Position numbers and translations under genes: made by a program
In this document: piece by piece, positions 26,712 to 34,665 of the stretch
Layout: each line of letters opens with the position of its first letter
How positions within the stretch are numbered: position 1 is the first letter of the stretch
Source: Candidatus Uhrbacteria bacterium
Lineage (GTDB): Bacteria; Patescibacteriota; Patescibacteriia; GWA2-47-26
DNA length: 64,000 nt
NCBI GenBank assembly: GCA_016187515.1
Contig: JACPJN010000006.1
Location: 257,556-321,555 of the forward strand
Direction: 5' to 3'
The notes under the pieces: generated by a model
The model's input: the letters and a program-made list of their open reading frames with translations, nothing else
Database searches by the model: none
What the model was told of the DNA's origin: nothing

Positions 26712-28121
26712 ATGCTCTACTTACTACTTACTACTTACTACTTACTTTTCGCCCTCCTGGCCTGGAAACGGCTTCACTGGGCGGTACTTTTGATTATTGC
26801 TACCCTTCCAAGCTACCTAATCCGTTTTCATCTAGGACCAATCCCGATTACACTGCTTGAGGGAATGATACTCATTGTCGTCGCAGTATGGCTGCTACGA
26901 CAGCTTAGAGCTAAGGGCTTAGAGCTAAGGGCATTTGAAACTCTACGCTCTACGCTCTACGCCCTACGCTGGCCGCTTGCGCTATTTTTAATAGCGGCCA
27001 CCGCGGCCATGTTCGTTGCTCCGGATTGGCGCGCTGCGGCCGGTATTTGGAAGGCCTACTTTATTGAACCGACTATTTTCTTCTTGATCTTGCTTGATCT
27101 CAAACTTCACCACCCCGCCCTTCTTGATAACAACAAAATTATCCGCGCACTTTCTGTTTCCGCTCTCCTGCTTTCCGTCTACGCTATCTGCCAGCGCTTG
27201 ACCGGCTTTGGAATTCCTGCGCCATGGGACGCGGAGCTGCGGGTTACCAGCATTTTCCCATATCCCAACGCGCTTGGCCTTTTCCTTGCGCCTCTTATAC
27301 CGCTGATGATTGGAATGTTGATAGAATCTAGAAGCTGGAAAATAGAAAATAGAAAATTCTACTTACTACTTACTACTTACTACTTACTCGCAATTATCTC
27401 TTCAATAATTGCGATCGCTTTCGCCAAATCCACCGGCGCGCTGGTGGGAATCGGGGCAGGATTAATTACTATGGGTATTTTGTGGTTGCGGCAAAAATCG
27501 TGCGGCCGCACTCAATCTACCGTAGTCGCTTTGGGAATATTTGCTACACTTGCGGCACTACTTCTCATATTCTCTCTTCCAGCGCGAGATGAACTTCTTC
27601 TCCGCGACTGGTCCGGCCATGTCCGCCGCACGCAGTGGAGCGAGACCATTGTCATGCTCAAAGACCACCCACTACTTGGCGCCGGACTCGCGGGCTACCC
27701 CGAAACACTCAAACCATACCACAAGGCAACATACATCGAGATTTTTCAGTATCCGCACAACATCGTGCTCAATTTCTGGTCCGAAACCGGCCTGCTTGGC
27801 CTTCTTGCCTTTGCATGGCTTACTATCATATTTTTCCGCATAGCACTACTCAACACTCGTAACCCCTCCCAACCTCCCCTTACCCTAAGGGGAGGAGACA
27901 AAACAATCCCCCCTCTTAAGGTAAGAGGGGGCGGGGGGAGTTATGAACTCATCCCCATCGCAGCCATGGCAAGTATGACCGTGCTCCTCGTCCATGGTCT
28001 GGTTGACGTTCCCTACTTCAAGAATGACCTTGCCATTTTGTTCTGGATCGTGTATGCTTTGGGCGTTGTAAATAATAAGAACTCTTATGCAACATCTAAC
28101 CAAACTCTTCAAACTCATTGA
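26712..28121 (+). CDS. O-antigen ligase / polymerase-like (Wzy_C domain) membrane protein, with in-frame repeat insertions
   Basis: Polytopic membrane protein with HNIVLNFWSETGLLGLLAF (Wzy_C). Repeat blocks lie at 26715-26750, 26904-26968, 27355-27390 and 27859-27945. Confidence 0.7.
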   Translation: MLYLLLTTYYLLFALLAWKRLHWAVLLIIATLPSYLIRFHLGPIPITLLEGMILIVVAVWLLRQLRAKGLELRAFETLRSTLYALRWPLALFLIAATAAMFVAPDWRAAAGIWKAYFIEPTIFFLILLDLKLHHPALLDNNKIIRALSVSALLLSVYAICQRLTGFGIPAPWDAELRVTSIFPYPNALGLFLAPLIPLMIGMLIESRSWKIENRKFYLLLTTYYLLAIISSIIAIAFAKSTGALVGIGAGLITMGILWLRQKSCGRTQSTVVALGIFATLAALLLIFSLPARDELLLRDWSGHVRRTQWSETIVMLKDHPLLGAGLAGYPETLKPYHKATYIEIFQYPHNIVLNFWSETGLLGLLAFAWLTIIFFRIALLNTRNPSQPPLTLRGGDKTIPPLKVRGGGGSYELIPIAAMASMTVLLVHGLVDVPYFKNDLAILFWIVYALGVVNNKNSYATSNQTLQTH

Positions 28122-28725
28122 ACTTACCCGCTCGCAGCCGCAGTATGGTTACGCGCTTACCGGAATTCCAAAGCACGACCTCTCTGACTTGGCCGCGCAC
28201 CATTATTTAGTCGCGTTCATGGCTTGGCAGATTGCTCGTGAGCTCAATCGCGCCGGGGCAAAACTTAATGTTGAAAAAGTATTGGAATTTTCGCTGACCC
28301 ATGATTTGGGCGAACTTTTTGGCGGCGACATTTCCATGCCGTATGCTGCCATCAATCCGCGGGCGCGCCGCTTGGCCAAAGCCTTTGAAGAAGAAAATCA
28401 GCGCTTCTTTGCGCGGTTTTTTGGAGAGGACCGTGGTCATATAAAAGCGCTGACCAAAGAAATCCTTAGCGCGAAGTCGGACGAGGCACTCGTGTGTAAA
28501 GTGGCAGACTATTTGGAATGCACACACTACAAACTTTACGTGGGTTACTTGCACGATAAGCGCGACATTCCTCTCAATGTCAGCAAGCTTGCCAAAATGG
28601 TAGCCAAAATTAAAGATAAGGTTGCCAAACGCGAACTTGCAAAATTCCTCAAAGAATGGGCCAAAGAGCTGCTGAATGGCGATACATTAGATGTGCTTTG
28701 GGAAAAAGCAAAAAAGAAAAAATAG
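28087..28725 (+). CDS. HD-domain phosphohydrolase (YfbR-like)
   Basis: HD motifs: LAAHHYLVAFMAW … LTHDLGE. Confidence 0.75.
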   Translation: MQHLTKLFKLIELTRSQPQYGYALTGIPKHDLSDLAAHHYLVAFMAWQIARELNRAGAKLNVEKVLEFSLTHDLGELFGGDISMPYAAINPRARRLAKAFEEENQRFFARFFGEDRGHIKALTKEILSAKSDEALVCKVADYLECTHYKLYVGYLHDKRDIPLNVSKLAKMVAKIKDKVAKRELAKFLKEWAKELLNGDTLDVLWEKAKKKK

Positions 28726-28726
28726 T

Positions 28727-28808
28727 GGAGGGTTCGCCTAATGGCATGGCACCGCACTCGAAATGCGGCGGGAGCAATCCCTTAGAGGTTCGACTCCTCT
28801 ACCCTCCG
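28727..28808 (+). tRNA. tRNA-Ser (anticodon CGA), long variable arm
   Basis: GGAGGGTTCGCCTAATGGCATGGCACCGCACTCGAAATGCGGCGGGAGCAATCCCTTAGAGGTTCGACTCCTCTACCCTCCG. The anticodon loop is CUCGAAA. It starts 1 nt after the HD gene's stop codon. Confidence 0.9.
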
Positions 28809-28837
28809 AAATTGAACAAAGTGAAATTGAGGGCGAA

Positions 28838-28859
28838 GCCGACTCCTCTACCCTACGCC
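28838..28859 (+). repeat. partial duplicate of the tRNA-Ser 3' end (T-arm plus acceptor)
   Basis: gccgactcctctaccctacgcc against the tRNA segment ttcgactcctctaccctccg, 30 nt downstream of the intact tRNA. Confidence 0.45.
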
Positions 28860-28989
28860 AGTTGGGAAATGAAGTCATTGGCTCGCCAAATTTGCTAAAA
28901 CATTGGGTATTCACGTTAAAGATTTGCTGAAATAATATGGAGGGTCAAACAATAACTTTCGGAGTAATAATTTAATAAATGGATAAACT

Positions 28990-29301
28990 ATGAAATCAAT
29001 TATTAAGAAGAGTTTCGCATCCCCGGACGAGGTTTACAATCCAAAAGAAACGATGAGGATTGAAATTCTTGATATGGGAGAGGGTCTTAAATTGCAGAGG
29101 AATACGGCACAGCCGGAGTATCATGGGGAAGATTGTCCATATGACCATGTGCTATACGTGGTCTCAGGTAAATTCCATGTCCGCATGCCCGGTGGCGCTG
29201 AAATTGAATTTGGCCCCGGCGAAGTCGGAGTAATACCCGCCGGACACAATTTACGGGTTACCAGCAGTGAACCCGCCGTCTGGTTGGAAATCAAGCGCTA
29301 A
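28990..29301 (+). CDS. cupin-domain protein
   Basis: At 103 aa it is cupin-sized, with HVLYVVSGKF…GPGEVGVIPAGHNL. Confidence 0.6.
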   Translation: MKSIIKKSFASPDEVYNPKETMRIEILDMGEGLKLQRNTAQPEYHGEDCPYDHVLYVVSGKFHVRMPGGAEIEFGPGEVGVIPAGHNLRVTSSEPAVWLEIKR

Positions 29302-29364
29302 AGTATTATTGCCGCCAAACCCCAGTAGTAGAAGCTTCGCTTCACTACGGGGCAGGGAAAATCT

Positions 29365-30084
29365 ATGGAAATTCTATACATCTCACTCCTAACCCTCATC
29401 GCCGCCGCTATTGGAACAATCACAGGTTTCGGAACTTCCACGCTGATGATTCCAGTGCTGGTGATATTTTTCCCGCCCATGGAGGCGATATTTTTGGTAG
29501 CCATTATTCATTGGTTTGGCAACATTTGGAAAGTTACCTTGTTTCGCTCCGGTTTTAACTTGCGTCTCCTCGTACTTTTTGGTGTTGTCGGTCTTGCGAC
29601 AAGTTATCTCGGCGCGTATATCTCACTCGGAGCGAATGAGCAAATTCTGCTCCGCTTTCTCGGCGCGTTTCTCGCGGGCTATGCGCTCTTTTTGATATTT
29701 CAATCCAAATTTAAGATTCACGCCGGAAACCTAACCGCACTGTCCGGCGGAGCATTGTCGGGATTTTTTGCCGGAATGTTTGGTATCGGCGGAGCAATCC
29801 GCAGTATGTTTTTGACCGCCTTTGATTTACCGAAAGCGGTTTACATCGCCACTGCCGGAGCAATCGGGCTATTGGTTGACTCAACACGTATCATTACCTA
29901 TTTTACCGGCGGCGCGACATTACCAAAAGAACTTTGGTACGGATTGTTGCTGTTTATTCCAATTTCGTTTTTGGGAGCTCAGCTCGCGAAAAGAATTGTG
30001 GACAAAATCCCGCAAAACCAATTTCGCCTCGTGATTGCTGTATTCCTTTTTGTAACCGGATTAAAATTGCTTGTGTGGCCGTAA
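29365..30084 (+). CDS. TauE/SafE (DUF81) family sulfite/anion exporter-like membrane protein
   Basis: 239 aa with 7-8 TM helices. The GFGTSTLMIPVL and FGIGGA duplicated half-motifs are typical of TauE/SafE. Confidence 0.75.
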   Translation: MEILYISLLTLIAAAIGTITGFGTSTLMIPVLVIFFPPMEAIFLVAIIHWFGNIWKVTLFRSGFNLRLLVLFGVVGLATSYLGAYISLGANEQILLRFLGAFLAGYALFLIFQSKFKIHAGNLTALSGGALSGFFAGMFGIGGAIRSMFLTAFDLPKAVYIATAGAIGLLVDSTRIITYFTGGATLPKELWYGLLLFIPISFLGAQLAKRIVDKIPQNQFRLVIAVFLFVTGLKLLVWP

Positions 30085-30186
30085 TTCTGAATGGATCGGA
30101 TATTTTCAAACAAACACCGCCAGATTATATGAAACTCGCCGCCGTGCAGAAAATGATTGCCTTTTGATATGGGTAATATGTAAAAT

Positions 30187-30639
30187 ATGCGTATACCTTA
30201 CTACAAGCAAGAAAATTTGTGGAGTTGCGGGGCGGCCGCGATGAAAATGGCCCTGGGGGCGCTGGGAATTAAAAGATCGGAAGCACAGCTCCGCCGCCTG
30301 CTTCATACCAACCAGCGCTTCGGCACTCCCAATCGCGCCTTTCCGGCGCTGGCGGAACGTTTACGGCTTTCCTATCGGGTGGCGCGCCGCGCGCGCATCC
30401 AGGATATTAAAAATATGCTGCGGCAGGGCTTTGTGGTAATTGTCGGCTTTACCTATCCGGAAGATAAAGAAGGCCATTTTGCGGTGGTGCGTTCAGTTGA
30501 ACGCGGCAAAATTCGTCTGCTTGATCCCAGCGCTGGCCCAAATACCAGCTACCCGCATACCAAGTTTCAAAAAATCTGGAAAAGTTTTTTTGGACAAGAT
30601 CAGCGGGACCAGCGCTGGTTTATTGCGCTTAAACCCTAA
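30187..30639 (+). CDS. stand-alone peptidase C39-like (papain-fold, bacteriocin-processing type) domain protein
   Basis: YYKQENLWSCGAAAMKMAL is the Q…C active-site motif. GHFAVV (His) and LDPS (Asp) are also present. Confidence 0.6.
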   Translation: MRIPYYKQENLWSCGAAAMKMALGALGIKRSEAQLRRLLHTNQRFGTPNRAFPALAERLRLSYRVARRARIQDIKNMLRQGFVVIVGFTYPEDKEGHFAVVRSVERGKIRLLDPSAGPNTSYPHTKFQKIWKSFFGQDQRDQRWFIALKP

Positions 30640-30847
30640 AACGCGCGAGATAATATGAGACCGTTGAACAATTGATTATTTGTGCACATTCGTCAGGCCG
30701 CATGGGGCAGACAGCGCAGTAAACCCAGGGTTTTGCGGCCGTCTATTCGTGTATATTCGTGTGAACCGTCGAAGGTGTTAATCCTTCAACACTCTCAATA
30801 CATAATCCGGTTGCGCGGCGGTTGACTTCCTGCTACAATAGCGGGAT

Positions 30848-31858
30848 ATGTCGGAGAAACGCGCTATTCCCGAAATTGAAGCGCCGGATGACCAGGTCTT
30901 TGATTATACCCTGCGTCCGCGCACACTTTTGGAATTTGTGGGTCAGCAAGAGATCAAGGATAATCTGGGGATCCTCATGGGCGCAGCAAGGCACCGCAAG
31001 GAACCAATCGAGCACGTTTTGCTTTACGGCAATCCCGGACTGGGAAAAACCACGCTTGCCCACATTATTGCGCACGAGATGGGGAGCGCGATCCGCACGA
31101 CTTCCGGCCCAACGATTGAGCGGGTCGGTGACTTAGCCGCCATCCTCACTAATCTTACCCCCAACGACGCGCTATTTATTGATGAGATTCATCGCTTAAG
31201 CAAATCCGTAGAAGAAGTCCTTTACAGCGCCATGGAAGAATATGCGCTTGACCTGGTTGTCGGTAAAGGCCCGGCCGCGCGCACGCTTCGTCTTGATCTG
31301 CCGCGCTTCACGCTTATTGGCGCGACAACTCGGATGTCGCTCCTTTCCTCGCCGCTGCGCGACCGTTTCGGCGCGACTTATCATCTGACTTTCTATACCC
31401 AAGAGGATATTGAGAGAATACTTAACCGCAGCGCAAAGCTGTTGCAAGTCAAGGCCGATGCCGAGGCCTTAACTGAAATTTCCAAACGCGCGAGGCATAC
31501 CCCGCGAATTGCCAACCGCTTGCTGCGCCGTGTACGCGACTTTGCGCAAGTTAAATCCAAAGCGGCCATAACCCGCGATGTTGCCCTTGAAGCCCTCGGC
31601 TACTTAAATGTTGATCCGCATGGACTAGATGAAATTGATCGGCGCTTACTTTCTACCATCATTGAAAAATTCGCCGGCGGCCCGGTTGGACTTAATGCCT
31701 TGGCCGCCGCGACCGCGGAAGAAGAAGCAACCATTGAAGAAATTTATGAGCCCTATCTTATGCAGTTGGGACTTTTGGATCGCACCCCGCGAGGAAGAGT
31801 GGCCACTACCCGCGCTTATGAACATCTGGGAATTAAAAAATTAGGAACAATCTTATGA
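30848..31858 (+). CDS. ruvB: Holliday junction branch migration ATPase RuvB
   Basis: [22 protein letters not shown] (Walker A), DEIHRL, TTR sensor, and a C-terminal winged helix. Confidence 0.9.
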   Translation: MSEKRAIPEIEAPDDQVFDYTLRPRTLLEFVGQQEIKDNLGILMGAARHRKEPIEHVLLYGNPGLGKTTLAHIIAHEMGSAIRTTSGPTIERVGDLAAILTNLTPNDALFIDEIHRLSKSVEEVLYSAMEEYALDLVVGKGPAARTLRLDLPRFTLIGATTRMSLLSSPLRDRFGATYHLTFYTQEDIERILNRSAKLLQVKADAEALTEISKRARHTPRIANRLLRRVRDFAQVKSKAAITRDVALEALGYLNVDPHGLDEIDRRLLSTIIEKFAGGPVGLNALAAATAEEEATIEEIYEPYLMQLGLLDRTPRGRVATTRAYEHLGIKKLGTIL

Positions 31859-32175
31859 ATAACCTAACCGACGCAACGTTTTCTAAAGAAGTTTTAGAGT
31901 CAAAAATTCCGGTCGTCGTGGATTTTTGGGCGCCGTGGTGCGGACCTTGCAAAGTTATGGGGCCGATTTTTGAGGAGCTTTCCAAAGGGTACCCGGCTAC
32001 GGCTCTTAAATTCGCAAAGCTCAACGTGGATGAAAACTCGCAATTCCCTTCCAAATTCGGGGTCATGTCTATCCCCACTCTGATTGTTTTTAAGAACGGG
32101 AAACCGGCTGACCAATTTGTCGGCATCCAGGACAAGGTCCAGCTTAAGAAAAAACTCGACGCGATTATAAAATAG
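31855..32175 (+). CDS. trxA: thioredoxin
   Basis: WAPWCGPCK active site. 106 aa. Confidence 0.85.
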   Translation: MNNLTDATFSKEVLESKIPVVVDFWAPWCGPCKVMGPIFEELSKGYPATALKFAKLNVDENSQFPSKFGVMSIPTLIVFKNGKPADQFVGIQDKVQLKKKLDAIIK

Positions 32176-32177
32176 CT

Positions 32178-33182
32178 ATGGAGATGCTGATTATCATCGG
32201 TTCCGGGCCGGCCGGATATACGGCGGCGATTTACGCCGCGCGGGCAAACCTTAAGCCGCTTTTATTTGAAGGCAGCGAACCCGGCGGACAGCTCACGACC
32301 ACCTCGGACGTGGAAAATTACCCGGGCTACCCGGATGGCGTGCCCGGTCCAAAAATGATGGAGGATTTAAAAAAGCAAGCCGAAAGATTTGGAACACGGA
32401 TCATGAATAAGACGGTGACGAGAGTTGAGTTTGGTACTCCCACCCCTCCTAACCTCCCCTCGGGCAGGGGAGGAAACAAACCAATTTCTCCCCCTTTTCA
32501 AGGGGGAGTTAGAGGGGGTCTGTTTAAAGTTTGGTGTGGTGAGGAAATGTATGAATCCCGCGCGGTGATAATCGCGACCGGCGCTTCGGCCAAACGGCTG
32601 GGGTTAGAAAATGAAAAAAAATTATACGGGAAAGGGGTCTCGGCCTGCGCAACGTGTGATGGATTTTTTTTCAAAGAAAAAATCGTGGTGGTGGTTGGCG
32701 GCGGAGACACCGCTATGGAAGAATCACTTTTCCTCACGAAATTCGCCAAGAAGGTCTATGTTATACACCGCCGCGATGAATTCCGCGCTTCAAAAATAAT
32801 GCTGGAGCGCGCGCAAAAAAACCCGAAGATTGAATTTATTCTAAATACCGTGGTGGAAGATGTGCTGGGAGCGGATGTTGGCCATGTTACTGGTGTCAAA
32901 CTTAATAACTTAATCACTAAATCACTTAATAACTTGCCCTGTGACGGTGTTTTCGCCGCCATCGGCCACGAGCCCAATACCAAAATCTTTGCCGGACAAA
33001 TTGAACTGGACCAAAAAGGATACGTCGTAACCAAGGCCGGCTCTACTATGACATCTGTTGAAGGAGTGTTTGCCGGCGGCGACTGCGTTGACCACCAGTA
33101 TCGCCAGGCCGTCACCGCCGCCGGACTGGGCTGCGCAGCGGCAATTGATGCGGAGCGCTGGCTGGAAGCTCAAACCCATTAG
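32178..33182 (+). CDS. trxB: thioredoxin-disulfide reductase, with two in-frame repeat insertions
   Basis: IIGSGPAGYTAAIYAAR, CATCDG redox-active site, GGGDTAMEE. The extra segments lie at 32448-32521 and 32897-32934. Confidence 0.85.
   Translation: MEMLIIIGSGPAGYTAAIYAARANLKPLLFEGSEPGGQLTTTSDVENYPGYPDGVPGPKMMEDLKKQAERFGTRIMNKTVTRVEFGTPTPPNLPSGRGGNKPISPPFQGGVRGGLFKVWCGEEMYESRAVIIATGASAKRLGLENEKKLYGKGVSACATCDGFFFKEKIVVVVGGGDTAMEESLFLTKFAKKVYVIHRRDEFRASKIMLERAQKNPKIEFILNTVVEDVLGADVGHVTGVKLNNLITKSLNNLPCDGVFAAIGHEPNTKIFAGQIELDQKGYVVTKAGSTMTSVEGVFAGGDCVDHQYRQAVTAAGLGCAAAIDAERWLEAQTH
32448..32521. repeat. G/C-rich palindromic module (CCTCCCC…GGGGAGG family) in-frame in trxB
   Basis: cccacccctcctaacctcccctcgggcaggggaggaaac … ttctcccccttttcaagggggagttagagggggtc. 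Confidence 0.6.
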
Positions 33183-33186
33183 GACT

Positions 33187-34542
33187 ATGTCCACTTTTCA
33201 ATCTGCCCTTACTCAACTGGAGCGGGCGGCAAAACTGATCAATCTTGATCCGAGAATTTTAAAAGTTTTGGAAACGCCAGAGCATTTGCATGAAAAAACC
33301 CTGACGATAAAAATGGATAACGGATCCGAGCAGGAGTTTCACGCGTATCGGGTACAACATAACAATTCCCGCGGCCCGTACAAAGGCGGCATCCGTTTTC
33401 ATCCGCAAGTTGACATGGACGAAGTCAAGGCGCTCGCGCTCTGGATGACGATTAAAACCGCCGTGGTGGATATTCCATTTGGCGGAGCCAAGGGCGGCAT
33501 CACGGTTGATCCGAAAAAACTCTCTGCCCGTGAACTTGAAGAACTCTCCCGTCAATATGCGCGGGCGTTTTTTGATATTTTAGGTCCGGACAAAGATGTC
33601 CCGGCGCCGGATGTAAATACCAATCCGCAGATTATGGGGTGGATGACGGATGAATATGCAAAATTGGCAAAGGGTGGAGAGCAAAGGGCAAAGGGCTCTA
33701 CGCCATATGCTATAGGCCCTACGCAGCTGCAAGCGACGTTTACCGGAAAATCCATTGCTCATGGAGGATCTGAAGGTCGCGAAGAAGCAACCGGCTATGG
33801 AGGTTTTGTAGTGCTGGAGGCACTCCGTGTTAAACAAAGGGTAAAGAGCTTAGAGCAAAGAGCAAACAACTCTACGCCCTATGCCCTACGCCCTACGCCA
33901 ACAGTTGCCGTTCAGGGTTTTGGAAATGTTGGTTATTTTTTTGCGGAGCACGCGCACCGGGCCGGATACAAACTCATCTCCATCTCCGATTCCCGCGGCG
34001 CAATTTTGGATAAACGCACGCTCGGCATGGATCCGGAAAATATTATGAAGACCAAAAAGGAGCGCGGCACAATTGGCGGATGCTATTGTATCGGCACGGT
34101 TTGCGACTGTGAAAACTATACGCAGATTTCAAATGAAGAAATATTGGAGCTTCCGGTTGATATCTTAGTTCCGGCCGCGCTTGAGGGTGTGCTCCACAAG
34201 GATAACGCGCACAAAGTGAAAGCCAAAATTATACTGGAGATGGCCAATGGCCCAACCACTCCGGAGGCCGAGCGCATACTGCTTGAGCGCGGCACGCTCA
34301 TTGTACCGGACGTACTGGCTAATGCCGGCGGAGTCGCCACTTCGTACTTTGAATGGAAGCAGAATATGGCAGGAGAAAAGTGGAACAAGGCACAAGTGTT
34401 AGCGCAACTGAAGGAAAAATTGGAGTATGCCTTTACCGAGGTCTGGCGTACTGCACAGGAACTCCACACCGATCTCCGCACTGCGGCCTATGCCGTGGCG
34501 CTCGAGCGTTTGAAACAAGCGGTTACAGTTACCAGAACTTGA
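33187..34542 (+). CDS. gdhA: Glu/Leu/Phe/Val dehydrogenase (glutamate dehydrogenase), with two in-frame repeat insertions
   Basis: KGGIRFHP, GGAKGG, GFGNVG (Rossmann). The start was set at MSTFQ (33187). Insertions lie at 33667-33724 and 33841-33900. Confidence 0.85.
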   Translation: MSTFQSALTQLERAAKLINLDPRILKVLETPEHLHEKTLTIKMDNGSEQEFHAYRVQHNNSRGPYKGGIRFHPQVDMDEVKALALWMTIKTAVVDIPFGGAKGGITVDPKKLSARELEELSRQYARAFFDILGPDKDVPAPDVNTNPQIMGWMTDEYAKLAKGGEQRAKGSTPYAIGPTQLQATFTGKSIAHGGSEGREEATGYGGFVVLEALRVKQRVKSLEQRANNSTPYALRPTPTVAVQGFGNVGYFFAEHAHRAGYKLISISDSRGAILDKRTLGMDPENIMKTKKERGTIGGCYCIGTVCDCENYTQISNEEILELPVDILVPAALEGVLHKDNAHKVKAKIILEMANGPTTPEAERILLERGTLIVPDVLANAGGVATSYFEWKQNMAGEKWNKAQVLAQLKEKLEYAFTEVWRTAQELHTDLRTAAYAVALERLKQAVTVTRT

Positions 34543-34665
34543 CAATTTCACTAGCTTATTCTACTATTACATCGTACCTCGTCTTCCTACTGGATGACGT
34601 GGGTGAGGAGGACGAGTTTTTCTTGTCCTTTCACAATGTAATGCAACCACAAAGGAGAATACACC

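Noticed and set aside
28656-28898. 80-aa ORF spanning tRNA-Ser
   Set aside because: It overlaps a confident tRNA gene and the partial tRNA duplicate, so it is not coding.
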